From: Octopus sinensis
Taxonomy: Eukaryota
NCBI RefSeq assembly: GCF_006345805.1
Contig: NW_021827516.1
Coordinates: 1 to 28,257, forward strand
DNA length: 28,257 nt
Reading direction: 5' to 3'
Shown one piece after another: positions 13,261-23,597 of the stretch. The notes beneath the pieces are model-generated. The model made no database searches and had not been told where the DNA came from. It saw only the letters and a list, made by a program, of their open reading frames with translations. How positions within the stretch are numbered: position 1 is the first letter of the stretch; every line of letters starts with the position of its first letter. The translations under genes were made by a program, and so were the position numbers.

Positions 13261-15818
13261 AACACCTATTCTACGCATCAAGGAATGCTTCAACAATATT
13301 GTTTCATCCATCAGTGTCATGCTCACAACATATTAATGACAGGGGCTTCAACCTTCCCAGTGTTGATTGGTCCATAAAGAGTTAAGGAGGCAATCGAATT
13401 GATAAGGAGACAATCGAATTGAATTTTTGATTCCATGGATGAGTTTTTCCTGACCCAACTTGTTCTCAAACCAACATGGTGTCACAAAAACACCACGGAC
13501 CTAGTGTTCAGTAACCACACTGGCACTATCCACAATATTGCAGTGGAAAAAAAAAACACATCAACTCTCAGACCATGACATGGTTCTCTGCGATCTGAGA
13601 TTCTACCATCTAAAGATCAAACCCAATGACATCTCTCAAGCACATCCATTTGACATTATGGAACTTCATAATGCAGACCGGGATGCAATCAATCATGATC
13701 TTTCACAAGTCGATTGGGCCTTCACGCACGTACCTCCCCCCCCCCCATCAACATAAATACATCATAGCAGACAATTGTAGAAACTGTAACAAATATATGC
13801 GCAAAACATACCCCATTAAGATCAGTAAACAAATCTGAGTGAAGAATCCCCAGAAATAGAAGATCAATTATCAGAAAAATAAAAAGAATTACCAAGAAAA
13901 TCAACCAGCTTAAATACTGCCAACAACAATTCACCCATTCGACTGCCATTGCATCACTCGAATCGAAAAAACACAACCTCCAAAAATGTATGATGACCAT
14001 TATTAAGAAACAAACAGCAGCTGAGGAGAATTGGGCCACTGAGAAAATAAAACTCAATTCCAAATTGTTCATTTCATTTGCAAAAAAAGAAAAAAATTAA
14101 AAAGAAAAGAAAAGAAAAACGAAGTTGCTGTTTTCAGTGTTGGTCCTCTGATTGATGAGAGCAACATTCTACATGATGCAAAATCCATGTGCGAGAGATT
14201 GCAGAAACAATACTGCTCTGTTATTAGTAATGCTAATGCGGTTGATCTGGCTAGTATCAGTGATGTAAACCCTCAACTAACTATATATGACATAAATTTG
14301 GTGCTTCTGATATCCTAACAGAAATAAATAAGATCAAGCACAACTCGGCAGTAGGACCCGATAGGGTCCCGGCCACTGTCCTGAAGATGTGTCGACATCA
14401 AATTGCACCCCCTCTACCTGAGCCCTGGAGGAACTCACTTGACACAGGCTACATTCCGAATCATTTTCTTTTCTAGTCTGTCATTCTAGTTTTCAAAAAG
14501 GGAAACAAATCCCTTGCAGCGAAATACCGTCCGTTTTCACTCACCTCTCATTTCATTAAAGTATTTGAGAGGGTAGTGAAATTTCGAACAACCCACTTCC
14601 TCGAAGACAACAATCTGCTGAACCCCAACCAGCATGGTTTCCGTGATAGTAGGGGACTGCTTGTCGCGGCTTCTGCGCTATTTTGATGACATTTTAAAAA
14701 CTTTGGAAGAAGGCTCCAAACACTGGTGTCATATACCTTGATTTCAGCAAGGCATTTGACAGAGTGGACCACAAAATCCAAATCCTGCTGAAGAAACTGT
14801 CCAACATTGGAGTCCGTGGAAAGCTGTTGTAGGGTATAGAGTGTTTCCTGACGAACAGAACCCAACATTTTATGTTTGATGTAATCAGATCAAGCTCAGC
14901 CAAAGTCAGTAGTGGTGTCCCACAAGGTACTGTGTTGGGTCCACACCACTTCATTATCTGTGTCAAATACATAGTAGACGTCATCAAACATTGTACATTG
15001 AAAATCTTTGCAGATGATTCCAAGCTCCAGAAGGCCATAAACGGCATGGGAGACCGAACATGCCTTCAGTCGGATCTGTTTGTTGTTCTCCACTGGGCGG
15101 AAAAGTACAAAATGCTTCTAAATGAAGATAAGTTTAATTTGATCCACTTTAGAAAAGAAGATAATCTGAAACTGCGATATGCCCTTCCCTCAAGTGACTC
15201 CCTAATGTCATCCACCAACACCAGTCACCTTGGAGTAATTGTTGATGACAAACTAAGCTGGAGTCCCCATGTAAATAGCAAGGTTGACTTGGCCCACGAG
15301 ATCTGCTCCTGGATTTTGAGAACTTTCTGGTCTAGAGATGCTCACACCATCATCCTTCTCTATTCTACTTTTGCCCGACCACACCTTGAATATTGTTGAC
15401 CACTGTGGTCTCCCCACACGAAGCAACTCATTAGGAAAGTGGAAGCACTCCAGTGGTCAATAACAAAAAAGACGGCATGACAAGCATTGACAAGTGAGGT
15501 CGACTAAAAAAAAACTTAGTCTCTAGTCTCCAACGCCGCCATGAATGCTACATCATTCCATCAATATTGCACAAATGATGTTGGCATCAATTTTAAATCC
15601 ACCCAAGACTTGGTCCCCGTGCTATCCGCCCACTACAAAAATCGAACTCAAGACAACAACATTACGACAAAAAAAATCACAGACCAACCTCCTACAGCCG
15701 GATGTCTCCAACAACAATAACTCTTGGTTAGAGTGGGCTATAGTGCCCTATATATGACTACAAGACTTCGCCAAGTGGTGCTGTTAACTTAGACATGGCC
15801 TGGGAATATCTAAGTTAT
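13261..15818 (+). mobile_element. CR1/L2-group LINE ORF2 remnant (APE endonuclease C-terminus, RT and 3' end), with frameshifts and stops
   Basis: APE motifs: GFNLPSVDW (GDFN-like), TDLVFSN, LSDHD. RT motifs: GPDRVP, KYRPFSLTSHFIKVFER, NQHGFR, YLDFSKAFDRVDH, SGVPQGTVLGP, IFADDSK, LGVIVDDKLSW, RPHLEYC. Ends in the CTAAGTTA tail. Confidence 0.92.
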
Positions 15819-16293
15819 ATAATTCTCTTTTTTTCTCTCTCTTCGTTTCCATGAGATAAAGTTCTTAAAGTCAGTGCCAGTCGTGTATTTCGTGAATACT
15901 TTTAAGGGTATTCACTTCAAAAATTACTATTCTCGAAACTACAAACAAGCTAAATCTCATATTTCTTTATATCTTAATAAGAAAATACATTATTTAAAGC
16001 TGCATTAAATTTTACTGGGGATACGGAGGAAAAATGTCAGAGGCAAACATATTTTAATGATGACTTCGGCAGAAGAATGTATGACTTTGACGAGGTAATG
16101 TACATACACACACACACACACGCACACATTGTGATACACTTGTAATTCTTGTTTGCTGTATATATGGTTGCAATGGGGTGTTATATGTACTGCTGGAATC
16201 GGATTTCTGCAATTGGAAGTGATATCGTGTTATATGTATGGTTGAGCTGTGATGCTGCGCCTATGATTTTGACGAAGTGCTGTCTGCATGACT

Positions 16294-16720
16294 GTCGGGT
16301 CGGGTGAGGTGTGAGGGCATGTGCTGTTGCAGCGCGTTGCTACATTCACCTCCTGTGTAACCCGTCGAATAGCGTCTCACTCAGTCCCCATCCCCACGAG
16401 ATACCTGTCCTCATCTCTTGTGACCAGGTAGCATGTGGCCGACCAACACGACCCGTCAACAAGCTGGGTTTTAAGAGGCGAGAACACGGAATGTCGGGTC
16501 TAACTTCGGGAAATGGAGCAACATGGCCAAACAGTCTGAATTGGCGCTCCTGAATCATAGAAGTAACAAGACGCATCCCAGTTTCTGAGTACAGTTGTTG
16601 GTTGGATACGAAATCCAACCAATGTTAACCCATAGTCTTGCGAAACATCCTGGTACCAGAGGTGTTCACACACTTCTGAGGGCCCCAGATAGTGTCCACG
16701 TTTCACAACTATAGGGCAAA
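16294..16720 (-). mobile_element. RTE-clade LINE, 3' segment
   Basis: Minus strand: LPYSCETWTLSGAL..., DFVSNQQLYSETGMRLVTSMIQERQFRLFGHVA..., GRVGRPHATW; ends in a degenerate short-repeat tail CCTCACCCGACCCGAC. Confidence 0.85.
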
Positions 16721-17497
16721 ACTATTTGCTCGCATGTCAGCGGCCGGAGCAGGCAAGGTTTACGCCAAAGAGATCATCTACTGACAGGATCCTGAATCTT
16801 CGTGTACTCTTTGAACACAAGCGGAGTTTTCAGCAGGGGCTGCTTACAGCCTTTGTCGACATCCGAAAGGCACTTAATTCGGTGGACAAGTATGTACTTT
16901 GGAAGATTCTGGAGCTGCGAGGTATACCTCCTCAACTGATTGGGCTGATGATGGCGTAATGCAGCGTAACAGTTAATGCAGTTCTTATTGGGGACTCAAC
17001 ACCTTTTTCCCAGTTAGATCTAGGATTCATCAGGGTTGTGTCTTGGCTACCATTCTGTTCAATTCCTGCATAGACTGGATAATTGACCAAATGGTGGCTC
17101 GACTGAAATGCGATGCGCTAACTCGATTTTGCTGATGACCCAGTTATTTTTGCTGAGTCGCTGGATGTCTAATGAAGTGGAACCAGTTGGCCTTAGAGTT
17201 TCTTGGGTTAATATAAAAATCCGGTCTTTTGTTGGCTTCTTGGAGGACTCCACCTCGTCTGTCTCTGTGGTGGGTGAGAATGAGAAAGTTGTCGACTGCT
17301 TCATTTATCTCAGCATCGAGACTCGTAGAGGCATTAGCTACAAGTCTGAAGTCTTAAAAGAATTGGACCTGCTAGTGTAGTTGCGGACTCATTGGACAAG
17401 GTTGTTTGACGCTGCCGATATCTGTGCAGGAGAACAAAGATTCGGGTCTTTAGGACTCTGGTCCTCCCTCCTTGTTCTATATTTGTGTGATATGGCT
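16721..17497 (+). mobile_element. RTE-clade LINE, RT segment inverted relative to 16294-16720
   Basis: LACQRPEQARFTPKRSSTDRILNLRVLFEH, AFVDIRKALNSVD, GIHQGCVLA, DFADD, VGLRVSWVNIK, KIRVFRTLVLP. Confidence 0.88.
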
Positions 17498-17605
17498 ATG
17501 ATAGTATCTTATATGTACAGTTAGTATGTGAAGCTGTATGGATGTGACGGGAACTGTGCTTAGTTGTGTTGTAGGGTAATATTTATATAATATTTACATA
17601 CATAT

Positions 17606-17660
<55 letters not shown>

Positions 17661-17693
17661 TATATATATATATATATATAACACATATATGTA

Positions 17694-17756
<63 letters not shown>

Positions 17757-17758
<2 letters not shown>

Positions 17759-17854
17759 CTGTAAATTAATATGTAACAATTATTAAATAGCCAAGATAAA
17801 ACTCTGAGTTTCGGATGCCGAAGTAGAAATCCCCACACCATCTCTTCGGTTATC
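17757..17854 (-). repeat. Left arm of a ~98-bp inverted repeat (truncated copy of the hammerhead-containing short repeat)
   Basis: Reverse complement of 17896-17994 with about 5-6 differences. Confidence 0.9.
17795..17854 (-). ncRNA. Putative minimal type I hammerhead ribozyme (mirror copy)
   Basis: Same core, stem I and stem III as 17896-17956 on the minus strand; the distal stem II hairpin is degraded (GGGG/CTAC). Confidence 0.5.
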
Positions 17855-17895
17855 TGGTCCTCCCTTCTTGTTCTATATTTGTGTGATATGGCTAT

Positions 17896-17956
17896 GATAA
17901 CCGAAGAGATGGTGTTGTGGATTTCCACTTCGGCATCCGAAACTCAGAGTTTTATC
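17896..17956 (+). ncRNA. Putative minimal type I hammerhead ribozyme
   Basis: Stem I GATAA(17896-900)/TTATC(17952-56); core CCGAAGA (17901-07; CUGANGA with U4C); stem II GATG/CATC capped by a GTGG-ATTT-CCAC hairpin; GAAA (17939-42); near-palindromic stem III ACTC-A-GAGT (17942-50); GUU triplet with predicted cleavage after 17951. Folded by hand. Confidence 0.6.
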
Positions 17957-18062
17957 TTGGCTATTGAATAATTGCTACATATTAATTTACAGATGAATTT
18001 CCTCTATTTACATAATATTGAGGTCTCTTTCTTTCTTTTGTTATCTTAGCGTTTTTACCAAT
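17896..18062 (+). repeat. Hammerhead-containing short repeat (right arm, longer copy) ending at a (TA)n tract
   Basis: 17896-17994 is the inverted partner of 17757-17854; the unit appears to continue to TTTTTACCAAT at 18062, then (TA)n. The 3' boundary is inferred. Confidence 0.75.
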
Positions 18063-18095
18063 ATATATATATATAGATATAGATATATATATATA

Positions 18096-18129
<34 letters not shown>

Positions 18130-18200
18130 CATACATACATATATACATACATACATACATGCATATATACATACATACATACATGCATATATATACATAT
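18062..18200. repeat. (TA)n/(TACA)n microsatellite
   Basis: Directly visible. Confidence 0.9.
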
Positions 18201-19175
18201 ATAAAGGCATGATACGTTGTGTTAGGTATGGTTTTAATAAACTGCTCTCTGTATAACAATGATGTAGTATTATATCTATTCCTGTGATAAGATAATGTTT
18301 TTGTTTCTTTTGATGCAATGTCATATTTGTGTCTGCATCAGTGGTGGGATGTTTGTATATGAGTGTATAATGGAATGCTGTACCAAAAAGACAAGATGGC
18401 CGACATTAGCTGCCTAACTCGATTAATATTTCGTTTGTGAAAGGACGGACATTTGTTGAGATATAGCTTATCTCTAAAATTACTGCCAACGTAGTATACA
18501 AGGATTAAAACGAACTGTCACTCTTCTAAACATTCCAACTTATTCTCACCACACAACTAAAATTAAAAACTACTCTGAAATATTACAAGATTGTTGACAA
18601 GTAGAATTAAAAAATAGCTGAGAATTCTTAAAGCAACAACACCCTTTACTAACCAGCAGAGTGCTATGATAAATCTTTACATAAATTTAGCTGCTACTTT
18701 AGATTATACATCAACATGTTTTTCTTTGCTTCTTCTTATATTTCCTGCTCCTGCTTCCTCCTCTCCTCCTCATTGTACTCCTCCCTCTTTTCATTTGCCT
18801 TTTTACTGTTATTATATATGTGAATGTGAAAGCAGCTAGACCAATTTGTGTTGGAATAAGTGAATCATTTTGATAGCATTGGCACACACTCTTATCTAGA
18901 CATATGCTGTACTTGTCAGATATCAGCGATTTACACTTATTCACTCGTAAGAAACACACAAACACCCTCCCACATACACACAGTAGATATATACACACTT
19001 ACACATATACACACACAGATATACACGTACTTAGATAACATGTACACATAGTTCCATAACCGTACTTAAAGCTACTCACATACATACAGAGACAAATACA
19101 GACACATACGAAAACAGGGATACTCGAGCGTGAGTGTAGCCCACTTGATAACTGTTAACATGCATATTTGTTATA

Positions 19176-19934
19176 TTATTATCAATATGACATATGAGGT
19201 GGTGAGCTGGCAGAGTCGTTAGCAGCATTTCGCCTGTTGTTGCGTCCTGAGTTCAAGTTCCGCCGAGGTCAACTTTGCCTTTCATACTTTCGGGGTCGAT
19301 AAATTAAGTGCTAGTGAAACACTGGGGTCGATGTAATCCACTCGCCCCTCCCCCAGATTTCAGGCTTTGTGCCTATAGTTGAAAGGATTATTAATATGGC
19401 ATATAAGGAGGTGAGTTGGCTGAATCGTTAGCACGCCGGGCAATATGCTTAGCGGCATTTCGTCCGGCTTTACGTTCTGGGTTCAAGTTCAGCCGAAATT
19501 GTCTTTGCTTTTCATCATTTCAGGGTCGATAAAATACGTACCAGTAGAGCATTGTGGCCGATGTAATACTTACGCCCTCTCCCGCAATTGCTGGCCTTGT
19601 GCCAATGTTTGAAACTATTATCAATGTGACATAAGCCAGCAAGATGGCAGAATCGTTGGCACGCGGAGCAAAATGCTTACCAACATTTCGTCCGTCTTTA
19701 CTTCCGAGTTCAAATTCCGCCAAGGTCGACTTTGCTTTTCGTTCTTTCAGTGTCGATAAAATAAGTATCAGTTGTAAAGTGGTGTCGATTTAATGGACGT
19801 AGCCCCTTCCTCAATATTGTTGGCCTTCATCTGTCTTTACGTTTTGAGTTCAAATTCAGCCTGGGACGCCTTCGTCCCTCACCCCCAGTTGCTGGCCTTG
19901 TCCCAAAATTTGAAACCATTATTAATATGACATA
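19176..19934 (+). mobile_element. Tandem array of 3 diverged SINE family B copies plus a partial fourth
   Basis: Heads at ~19196, ~19405 and ~19634; each unit is preceded by a shared TTAT(T)A(T/C)AAT(A/G)TG(A/G)CATA linker (19176, 19387, 19615, 19916). Confidence 0.85.
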
Positions 19935-20388
19935 GATAATTCCACACCTTTTTAGTAATCCTTGTTGCTTTATCACATCAGTTCATTTTCTTATAAATGT
20001 GTCAACAAGGGAAATTCTACGTATTGGGTTGACCTACCAAACATCCTGCCTTGTAAAATGGATTTCAGAACTACTATCAACGCACATATCATTCCAACAC
20101 CCTCCAACCACACACAGTAGCGAAATGTACATATTATAACACTCTAACGTATAAGGTAACCCGATGAGGTTTCTTCTGCCCTGTATGGTGCATTCGATTC
20201 CGTTATATCAATAGCCATCCTCTTGGGAGCAGTGCAGATGTAAGCCGAAGCGATCGTCGTGCTAAATAACACTTAGAGTACACTCTGTCTTCCCTAACGA
20301 TTATTTAAATATGTGTGTGTATGCGTGTGTGTAAATGTGCGTATGTGTGTGTAGATATACATTCAAACAAACATATATATACATATAC

Positions 20389-20781
20389 TCTTTTACTTGC
20401 TTCAGTCATTTGACTGCGGCTATGCTGGAGCACCACCTTTAATCGAGCAACTTGACCTGGGACTTATTCTTTGTAAGCCCAGTACTTATTCTATCGGTCT
20501 CTTTTGCCGAACCGCTAAGTACGGGGACATAAACACACCAGCATCGGTTTTGTCAAGCAATACTAGGGGGACAAACACAGACACACAAACAACACACGCA
20601 CATAATATAATATATATATACGACGGCTTCTTTAGTTTCCGTCTACCAAATCCACTCAGAAGGCTTTGGTCGGCCCGAGGCTATAGTAGAAGACACCTGC
20701 CCAAGGTGCCACGCAGTGGGACTGAACCCGGAACCATGTTGTTGGTAAACAAGCTACTTACCACACAGCCACTCCTGCGCC
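20389..20781 (-). mobile_element. SINE family A, full-length, young-looking copy
   Basis: High identity to 1153-1618, including the head GGCGCAGGAGTGGCTGTGTGGTAAGTAGCTTG. Confidence 0.9.
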
Positions 20782-20864
20782 TATATATCTATGTATTTTC
20801 ATATGTGTGTGTGTGTATATATATATTATATATATATATTATATATATATATATATAAACCATC

Positions 20865-20911
<47 letters not shown>

Positions 20912-20916
20912 TGTGT

Positions 20917-20986
20917 GCGATGGTTTTTGGTAAGCAGCGTCGATTTTTACGATTCTGTAAATAATAATATGATAATAATAATAATA

Positions 20987-21027
<41 letters not shown>

Positions 21028-21405
21028 TAATAATAATAAATTCCTATCATAGTAGGTGCATTAGGCATGATAAAAAAATATTCAGACAAATACATAACAA
21101 AAACACCAGGACTTACAAACACATATAACATACAGAAAATTGCACTACTGGGCACTGCACACATCCTACGCAGAACATTTTCCATACAATAACCATCAGA
21201 GCATCACAACAAATCACAGCACATACCCAAGGCACACAGAGCTGCGCTCGGTAGTGAAGTGAAAGCACGCTATAAAAATAAAAAACTACTGAATAGTAAC
21301 AATAATAATAATAATAATAACAGTAGTATTTTATAAGCTCAAAGTTTACAAGCGATCACCATGCAAAGCCTAAAGAAAATAGTCTAATAAAGAGGCATAT
21401 AAGCT
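20917..21405 (+). repeat. Short repeat unit, copy 1, interrupted by (AAT)n and an R4-like insertion
   Basis: 20911-20967 and 21321-21403 align collinearly with the uninterrupted copy at 21571-21715. Confidence 0.75.
21040..21297 (+). mobile_element. RLE-type non-LTR retrotransposon 3' end (R4/Dong-like), 5'-truncated, inside (TAA)n
   Basis: 21040-21192 encodes IPIIVGALGMIKKYSDKYITKTPGLTNTYNIQKIALLGTAHILRRTFSIQ*, matching the C-terminal IP(I/V)(I/V)xGALG...LGTA.ILR motif of RLE-bearing elements. About 100 nt of 3' UTR follows, with (AAT)n on both sides. Confidence 0.75.
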
Positions 21406-21575
21406 CTCTACGGAGGTTTATCGGTACGCGTGGGACACGAATCCACATCTCTTTGTTTTTGCGATAAGTGTGCTACCATTTACATCCACGTACAATCTTA
21501 CTTCTTCCCGTGAGGTGTAACAACTATAATTAGTTCGTAGTGTTGTTTTTGTAAACACATTTTATGTGCTTTTGT

Positions 21576-21715
21576 GAGATGGTCTTTGTTAAGCAGTATC
21601 AATTTTTACAATTCTGTAAATAATAACATTATTATTTTGTAAGCTTAAAGCTTATAAGTAATCAGCGCGCAATGACTAAAGAAAATAGTCTAATAATGGA
21701 ACATATAAACCATCG
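21576..21715 (+). repeat. Short repeat unit, copy 2 (uninterrupted, empty site)
   Basis: GAGATGGTCTTTG...ATTCTGTAAATAATAAC...CTAAAGAAAATAGTCTAATAA...ATATAAACCATCG. Confidence 0.75.
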
Positions 21716-21743
21716 ACAGAAAAAAAGTAGATTTTCCCATACA

Positions 21744-21892
21744 AAGGCGTGGCTTTGTGATAAGAAGTTTGGTTCATAATGACATGGTTCTGAGTACAGG
21801 CCCAGAACGCGGCACCTTGGTCGAGTGTCATGTACTATATAGACTTCGGATTGGATTTTGTAGACGGAAACTGAAAGAAATTCGTGATACGA

Positions 21893-21952
<60 letters not shown>

Positions 21953-22180
21953 TGTGTGTGTGAGTGTGTGTGGGCATGCGCGCGCGTATGTTTGTTATTG
22001 AGTCTGTGTTTGTCTGCCACCACTTCTGGAAAACCGTTCGACATGTGTTTACGTCCCAGTAACTTAGCGAGCGTTTCGGCAAAGGAACCGATAGAATAAG
22101 TGCGAAGTTTAAGAAACACAAATTGGAGTCGTTTTCTTCGACTAAAATTCTTCAAGTCTAGTGAGACAAACAAGTAAAAG
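21744..22180 (+). mobile_element. SINE family A, diverged full-length copy with internal (TG)n
   Basis: Head GGCGTGGCTTTGTGATAAGAAG...GGCACCTTGGTCGAGTGTC; GACGGAAACTGAAAGAA; GTTTCGGCAAAGGAACCGATAGAATAAG; TTCGACTAAAATTCTTCAAG. Confidence 0.8.
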
Positions 22181-22423
22181 CTAAAAGAAGGCAAAGCTAA
22201 TACGAAGAATAAAGCACTTGATAATATAGAAATAGATTTATTTCAATATGATACCACGCCATTTTTTAAAGAGTTCCTTTACATTGTCACTATATCTACA
22301 TTTTACCAACATCTTTGGTACATGTATGTATGGATGGATGTAGTATATATGTATGTATTTATGTATGTATGTATATATACATATATATATATGTATATTC
22401 ATATATGTATACTTATACATACA

Positions 22424-22455
<32 letters not shown>

Positions 22456-22589
22456 GGTCCCGGGTTGATTCGGGGTTAACCACAGTAAATAAGGTACTCA
22501 ATACATAGCAGAGTAAATTAATTTATAATTTATATAATCCTGAAGATTTCTCTGAATGAAACAGTTCTAGTCCTGTATAAGCTCCTTCT

Positions 22590-22594
22590 ATATA

Positions 22595-22650
<56 letters not shown>

Positions 22651-22678
22651 TATATATATATATTATACATGTATATGA

Positions 22679-22710
<32 letters not shown>

Positions 22711-22810
22711 ATATATATATCTATATATATATATATATATATATGCATACATACATATATGCATACACACAAACGCATATATATGGGCATATATATATAT
22801 ATATAAGCAA
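22590..22810. repeat. (TA)n-rich microsatellite
   Basis: Directly visible. Confidence 0.9.
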
Positions 22811-23079
22811 ATATAGTATATATTTACATGCATACACACACACTCACATACACACACATATCTTTTGCATTTCACCTTATTTAATTCTTTGTTTCCATTT
22901 GTCGTCTGCCTGTCATATTGAATCTAAAATATTCACTGTTATGTCATTTGTCTTTAAAACATGTTCCTTCATCTGCCGCGCTTGTGCCAAAATCTCGAAA
23001 AGATCATTATTATTATTATTATTTTTACAATAATTATTATAATCATTAATAGTATCATTAGTACTACTACACATAATCT

Positions 23080-23592
23080 TTAAATGTTAGTAGAAGTATA
23101 GATGTGGCTTTTCTGGTGTTTCTTCTCGTAAAAACTAGCGAACTTCAAGGCACAACACAAAATAAATATGGCAGTTAAACAACAGTTAAAACCTATCATG
23201 GCCAATTCTTCCAAGTAATAACTATACCTTGGTTTCACAAATACTTTCAGGCTGATGTTTGAAGTGCTTTCATCTTGAAAACACATATAAACGCCCGAAT
23301 CAGTGACCTTAGCATTCTTAATTGTGAGCCGATTTGAAATTTGCTTAATACGTCCGCCATGATGCTTTTTGACTATTCGGTTGTTTGGAAGAAGCCACGT
23401 TAGATTCCTTTTTTTCCATGAATTGCAAATAAAGGAAATAGAGTTTCCTTCTGGAACGGTACTATCTGTGGGTTGAATACTTAAAATATCGGTTGATTGC
23501 AAATAAAACGCTTCATTTATTCCGATGATAGTAGAGAAACCGGTTATTATGTATAATAGGCTTCTTGTGACAGCAACTTTAGAAAAAGACAT
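23080..23592 (-). CDS. Small single-Ig-domain (I-set-like) type I membrane protein, 170 aa, encoded in one exon
   Basis: Starts at ATG 23592 (M54 of track ORF 23080..23751). Signal-peptide-like N-terminus MSFSKVAVTRSLLYIITGFSTIIG. Ig hallmarks: PEGNSISFIC (B-strand Cys), LTWLLP (C-strand Trp), LTIKNAKVTDSGVYMC (DxGxYxC). Sequons NLT and NIS. TM segment LAMIGFNCCLTAIFILCCAL. Short tail ending STNI*. No internal stops. Confidence 0.85.
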   Translation of the reverse strand: MSFSKVAVTRSLLYIITGFSTIIGINEAFYLQSTDILSIQPTDSTVPEGNSISFICNSWKKRNLTWLLPNNRIVKKHHGGRIKQISNRLTIKNAKVTDSGVYMCFQDESTSNISLKVFVKPRYSYYLEELAMIGFNCCLTAIFILCCALKFASFYEKKHQKSHIYTSTNI

Positions 23593-23597
23593 CTTTT

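Noticed and set aside
19176-19934. Regularly spaced short repeats resembling a CRISPR array
   Set aside because: The spacers are mutually homologous SINE copies, the context is eukaryotic, and there are no cas genes.
20160-20175. CCGATGAG hammerhead-core-like word, and similar CTGATGA/CTGAAGA words at ~5794, 14380 and 17132
   Set aside because: No correctly placed GAAA or stems; several lie within LINE coding sequence (for example the FADD motif).
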